Below are positions 59,752-64,000 of a stretch of DNA of 64,000 nucleotides, piece by piece. How positions within the stretch are numbered: the stretch's first letter is position 1; the number at the start of each line of letters is the position of its first letter. Source of the stretch: a virus (taxonomy: Duplodnaviria; Caudoviricetes); the IMG/VR virus record IMGVR_UViG_3300014969_000017, positions 8,795-72,794 of that record, one strand, 5' to 3'. Both the position numbers and the translations under genes were made by a program. The notes under the pieces are model-generated. The model had not been told where the DNA came from. It worked only from the letters and a program-made list of their open reading frames with translations, and made no database searches.

Positions 59752-59946
59752 GACTGTTCACGGTACCGTGAAGGTCCGCACCCTCGTCCCGGAGGTCGGC
59801 AATCTTCGATAACTCGGCTCGGGCCTCGCGCCACTCCTCCGCGCCGAACACCAGTTCCCCGACGTGCGCCAGCGTGACGCCGGTCTTCCCGGCGAACACC
59901 CGGCAATGGACGTGTGCCCCGCGTTTCAGAAAGTACACCCGCAGCG

Positions 59947-60552
59947 TCATCCCGCCTCCGTCGTCGTCGCCGTCGGGGTTGCCAGTGTCGTCATCTGCGC
60001 CGCCAGCCACGCGTCCAACTGCTCGCCCCACACCGCCCCCGGCATCGCCAGCACGGCCGCGTGCCACGCCGCATGGAGCGCCGCCGGGAACGCGACCGTC
60101 ACCGTCAGCGGCAGTGTGACACCATCCGCGTCGAGCGCCGCGAGCATGCGCTCGATCTCGCGCTCCGTGAACATCGACCCGAGTTGTAGCCCCTTCTCAA
60201 GGTCCGCTTCCAGTTGCTCGACGTTCCACGCAAGGCCCAGTTCCGCCGCCCGATTGTCGAGGTACGCGAGCACCCGCGCCTGCGGGTCCGTCGCAAGGTC
60301 AAGGTCCGTGCGCACGACCACCACCAGCGTTTTGCCGTCCGTCTGCACGACGCGCATCCCCAGCCCGGCCTCGATGGCGAGTTGCAGGGTCTTGTTCCCA
60401 CCGATGCAGCGGCCGTACTTGTCCACGACGATGGACCGGGCCGCGCCGTACTTCGTCAGCGAGTGCTCAAGGAGTTGCTCGCCGCGCAGCGTCCCGGCGT
60501 TCGCGTTCGCGATGTCCGGGGTGCAGTCCTCCAGCTTCTCCAGCGTCTTCAT
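59947..60552 (-). CDS. ParB/Srx-like protein
   Basis: NANAGT.RG...SL.KYGAARSIVVDK.G..IGGNKT...DNR..EL..W. Confidence 0.7.
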   Translation of the reverse strand: MKTLEKLEDCTPDIANANAGTLRGEQLLEHSLTKYGAARSIVVDKYGRCIGGNKTLQLAIEAGLGMRVVQTDGKTLVVVVRTDLDLATDPQARVLAYLDNRAAELGLAWNVEQLEADLEKGLQLGSMFTEREIERMLAALDADGVTLPLTVTVAFPAALHAAWHAAVLAMPGAVWGEQLDAWLAAQMTTLATPTATTTEAG

Positions 60553-61211
60553 GACAGGTGTCGGGCCAGCAGCGCCGTCTCCGTCGTCTCCTCTGGATAC
60601 CGGGCCGCGAGCGCGTCCATGAACGCCTGCCACCGGGCGTGCTCATCGAGGGTCGCGAACGTCAACGTGATCCGCAGCACCGGGACCGTCGGAGTCGCCG
60701 CAGGCGGAGCGGTATATATACCTGCTCCGTCCTGCGGTGGCATCACGCCCCCGTCGGTCTTGGGGAGGTCGAGCACCGGCACCGGCGGGTCCACCTTCGA
60801 CGCGCCGGGCGTCACCTTGAGCGCCGTCAGTTCTTTCGGAAAGAACGCCGCGCCGACATCGACGCCTGCCAGTACATCGGCCGCGACCTGTGCCCGGTCC
60901 CACGCGAGGTCGAGTTCGTGGGTGCGGTTGTCGTAATACGCGAGTTGCCGCGCTGACGCATCGACCGCAAGATCCAAGTCCGTCCGCTGCACCACGACCA
61001 GTTCGTGACCATCCGTCTCGATGCACTCCGTGGGAATCCCAAGCGCCTGCGCGGTCGCCAGCGTCTTATTGCCGCCGAGGACGGTGCCGTGCTTGTCGGT
61101 GAAGATGGAGCGGCCAGCGCCGCAGACGAGGAGGGAGGCTTTCAGGAGGGCGGCTCCGCGTACGGTGCCCTTGTTGGCGTTGTTCGGATCCTGTTGCAGC
61201 GTGACCGCCAT
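60549..61211 (-). CDS. ParB/Srx-like protein (tandem paralog)
   Basis: NANKGT.RG...GAGRSI..DK.G..LGGNKT...DNRT.EL..W. Confidence 0.7.
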   Translation of the reverse strand: MAVTLQQDPNNANKGTVRGAALLKASLLVCGAGRSIFTDKHGTVLGGNKTLATAQALGIPTECIETDGHELVVVQRTDLDLAVDASARQLAYYDNRTHELDLAWDRAQVAADVLAGVDVGAAFFPKELTALKVTPGASKVDPPVPVLDLPKTDGGVMPPQDGAGIYTAPPAATPTVPVLRITLTFATLDEHARWQAFMDALAARYPEETTETALLARHLS

Positions 61212-61442
61212 GCGCGGTCACATTATCACTGTTCCACTTATGCGGCGCGTGCGAGCGCCGGAGCCAGTGCGGCCTCAGCCTGCGCGAGCCGTCCGCTGTA
61301 GTAGGCGCGTTGCTCGGCGGTGTGAACGAGCGCCAGCATCAGCCGCGCCTGATACGCCGTACGCTGCCAGTACCGCTCGCTGGCCGTCGAGGCCGGACAC
61401 GTGGTCAAACAGAAAGGAGCGCCCCCGCACCGGGGGCAAAAG

Positions 61443-61481
<39 letters not shown>

Positions 61482-62368
61482 ATCGTCATCACCTCAACCG
61501 CACCCGCCGGTGGCATCAGTCCTGAAGGACTCTCACCGGAGGAAGTAATTCAATGTCCGAACCGAACCGTACGCAGCACGATGTCGGCAAGCAGCATGTC
61601 CCGTCCACGGGCGGAGATCGCCCCGTGACGCCAGACCCCAGCACGCTGGAGCAGGGGTCGAAGAATCCGGACGTGCGCGACAAGGCTGACCGCGCCAGCA
61701 ACCCGACGCCGCCCGACCGCAAGTAGCGTCCGCCGTCTCGTCGTGCGGAGTACGGGCTGGCTTACTTCGTCAGGCTGGCCCGTAGCTCCGCTGCCTTCGC
61801 TCGCATCGTCGCCGCCATCGTCTCCGCGTGCCGGGCCTCCGCGAGGTAGCTCGCCGCGAGCCGGTCACACCGATCCGCGTCCCAGCCCAGTCGCACCGTC
61901 TGCATCGACACGAGGAACGTACGGAACACCTCTGGCGACAGCACCGCCGTCGCGCCGCGCTTCGGGAGCAGTTCCAGCGAGGCCGCGTGCAGCGGGTCCG
62001 CGTGCTCGCGCGTGCGCATCGCCACCAGAAACTCCTGCGCATCTTCGGGCCGAAGTTGCACGGCCTGCGACCGCGCCTTCGTCGGCTGGCCGTCTACGCC
62101 CAGCCACCCGCCGCTGAACAAGCGCACCAGCATCCCGCGTTGCCGTCGAACCTGCACGAGCGTCATCGTGCCCCTCGGAGCATGAACGCGTGGCACCAGT
62201 TCTGCTCATAGCCACAGGCCCGACACCGCCAGCCTTCTAGGGTAGCGACGAGCACCGGATGCTGACTGTCCGTGCCACAGGTGAACGGATGGAACGCGCC
62301 GGTCGCTTGATACGCATTGAGCGCATCGACTTGGTCTTTACTCCACGGCGCGACAGAGATCGGGTCGG

Positions 62369-62932
62369 TCATCGGAGCGCCTCCAGTGCTTCGTGGAACA
62401 GCACCTGTGCCGTGATACTGGTCGTCGCCGCCAGCAGCGGCACGATCTCCTTCTCGGTCTTCGCGACGTAGCGCCGGATCCAGCGCCGCGTCGAGTCACC
62501 TCGCTCATGCGTGTCCTCTCGCTCCGCATCCAGCAGCCGCCGCATGTCGCGGAGGTTGTCCGTGCGGTCGAGCAGCTTGAGGTCTGCCGCCAGCGGGGTC
62601 GCCACGATCCGCGCGTAGTACGCAGGCTTCCCGGCGCGTGCCGCCACGTCGTCGCCGTCGGGCCACGGCTTCGTCAGCGCCACGACCAGCCGCGTCACGT
62701 CCGCGCCCAGTGCCTCGATGCGCGGGTACCAGCGTGCGCCGCAGTCTTCGACCACGTCGTGCAGGAGCGCCGCTTGGACCGCGTGCGTTGGCATCCCGGC
62801 CACCATCACCATCTCCGCGACCTTGAACGGATGCTGAATGTAGGGGCCGAGGCCGTGCTTGCGCATCTGGCCGCTGTGCGCTTCAGCCGCAATCGCCGCC
62901 GCCATCAGCACCGCGTGCGTGTCGGTCATCAC
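62369..62932 (-). CDS. Mesh1/SpoT-type HD hydrolase (small alarmone hydrolase-like)
   Basis: AH.GQ.RK...PYI.HP..V...AALLHDVVEDC...KL.DR.DN. Confidence 0.8.
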   Translation of the reverse strand: MMTDTHAVLMAAAIAAEAHSGQMRKHGLGPYIQHPFKVAEMVMVAGMPTHAVQAALLHDVVEDCGARWYPRIEALGADVTRLVVALTKPWPDGDDVAARAGKPAYYARIVATPLAADLKLLDRTDNLRDMRRLLDAEREDTHERGDSTRRWIRRYVAKTEKEIVPLLAATTSITAQVLFHEALEALR

Positions 62933-63518
62933 TTCCCCCCAACCGGACCCATCGAGGTCGCGAGCGCCTTGGCTGTTGCGTCGATGTCCGCGAGCAGCGC
63001 GAGCAGCCGCTTCTGGTGAATCTCGCTCACCTCCGTCACCAGTGCGCGGAGGGCCGCGTGCATCTCGGGCGTGGCCGCGAGGAGCGCCGCGCGTTGCTGC
63101 GCCGCTTGATGCGCGTCTGGCGAGCCGCCCTTCACGTACACCCGTGCCACGTGGTCGCCGGGCGTGAACACGTCGTACCAGAGTTTGGACTTGTTGCTAC
63201 CGAATTGGATGAGCGCCTTCATCGTCGTCTCCGTCTCACTTGCTGTTGCGTTCGGCGTCGAGGGCATCCCAGCCGTCGCGTAATTGTGCGGCCAGCGCCT
63301 TCGCGTCGGCCAGCGTCGAGGCGTAGGCACGCGGGGCGACCACGTCGCCGTGGTGCAGCGCCCACACCGTGCCAGCGACCGGCACGGCAAAGTGCAGAGT
63401 CGGGCGAGGGCCGCGCACGAGTGCCGTGCGCCCATCGGCGGAGCGATAGCGCCCCGCCGCCTCGATGATCCAGTTCGCTTGCGCCATCGTCGCCTCCGTC
63501 TCCGTCTCCGTCACCGAG

Positions 63519-64000
63519 TTACGCGGCGACGGGGGTGGCCGCAGCCACCTCCGTCGTCAGCACCTTCACGCCGCCGCGCTTCCACGGGAGCGAGTAGTTC
63601 TTCGCGCACTTCGGGCCGTAGCCCACTTCCTTGCTGCCGTCGTCGTCAATCTTCTTGTTGCAGAAACTGCACACGCCGCGCAGTGCGCCGTATTCCTTCG
63701 CCGCCTTCGCCGGGTCCGCCGCGACGGTCGCGAGCGTCGAGAGAATCGCGTCCTCGCGCGACAGCTTGCCGTGGACTTCACCGGCCGGGGTCAGGCGTCC
63801 CAGCCAGTTGTCGTTCAGGAGCACCTGAATCGAACCCGGAGCCTTCGACCGGGGGCCAGCGACGTAGAGGCGCAATTCGCCGCCGCCGGGGGCGAGGAAG
63901 CGCACCGACGGGAACTTCAGCTTGCCAGCCGCCGCCGTCAGGAACGCCGCAATCGGGGCCATCGAGAAGGTCGCCTGCGGGGCCGGGGTCGCCGCGACCG
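63519..64000 (-). CDS. hypothetical protein with DUF6011-like zinc finger (5' end may lie outside the window)
   Basis: CSFCNKKI.D..S...GYGPKCA. Confidence 0.6.
   Translation of the reverse strand, partial: VAATPAPQATFSMAPIAAFLTAAAGKLKFPSVRFLAPGGGELRLYVAGPRSKAPGSIQVLLNDNWLGRLTPAGEVHGKLSREDAILSTLATVAADPAKAAKEYGALRGVCSFCNKKIDDDGSKEVGYGPKCAKNYSLPWKRGGVKVLTTEVAAATPVAA

Overview
This window is a high-GC tailed dsDNA phage (siphovirus-like, Mu-type head genes), coded almost entirely on the minus strand. In transcription order (right to left) it carries: a (p)ppGpp-hydrolase-like HD gene, two ParB-like genes, terminase small and large subunits (57.5-59.8 kb), about 22 kb of small accessory genes, portal (33.6-35.5 kb), a ~26 kb block of fibre genes and multi-domain effector polyproteins ending in a MuF gene, then Mu-type protease/scaffold, cement, major capsid, neck and tail-tube genes. 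Two systems stand out. (1) A TIGR-Tas-like RNA-guided system: a Nop/IS110-C-terminal-domain gene without a RuvC domain (51701-52528), translationally coupled to an upstream HNH gene. It is followed immediately by about 52 units of a 36-nt dual-repeat, dual-spacer array, split in two by a protein-coding gene. (2) A head-gene-linked effector cluster in which ADP-ribosyltransferase, zincin, GNAT, nuclease, HD and ParB domains are each preceded by one of three short recurring peptide tags that follow a Leu. This suggests protease-processed cargo packaged in the capsid. The window also has six ECF-sigma-like promoters, two dispersed palindromic sites and a phage-borne PEP-CTERM protein. All calls come from reading motifs by eye; no database searches were run.
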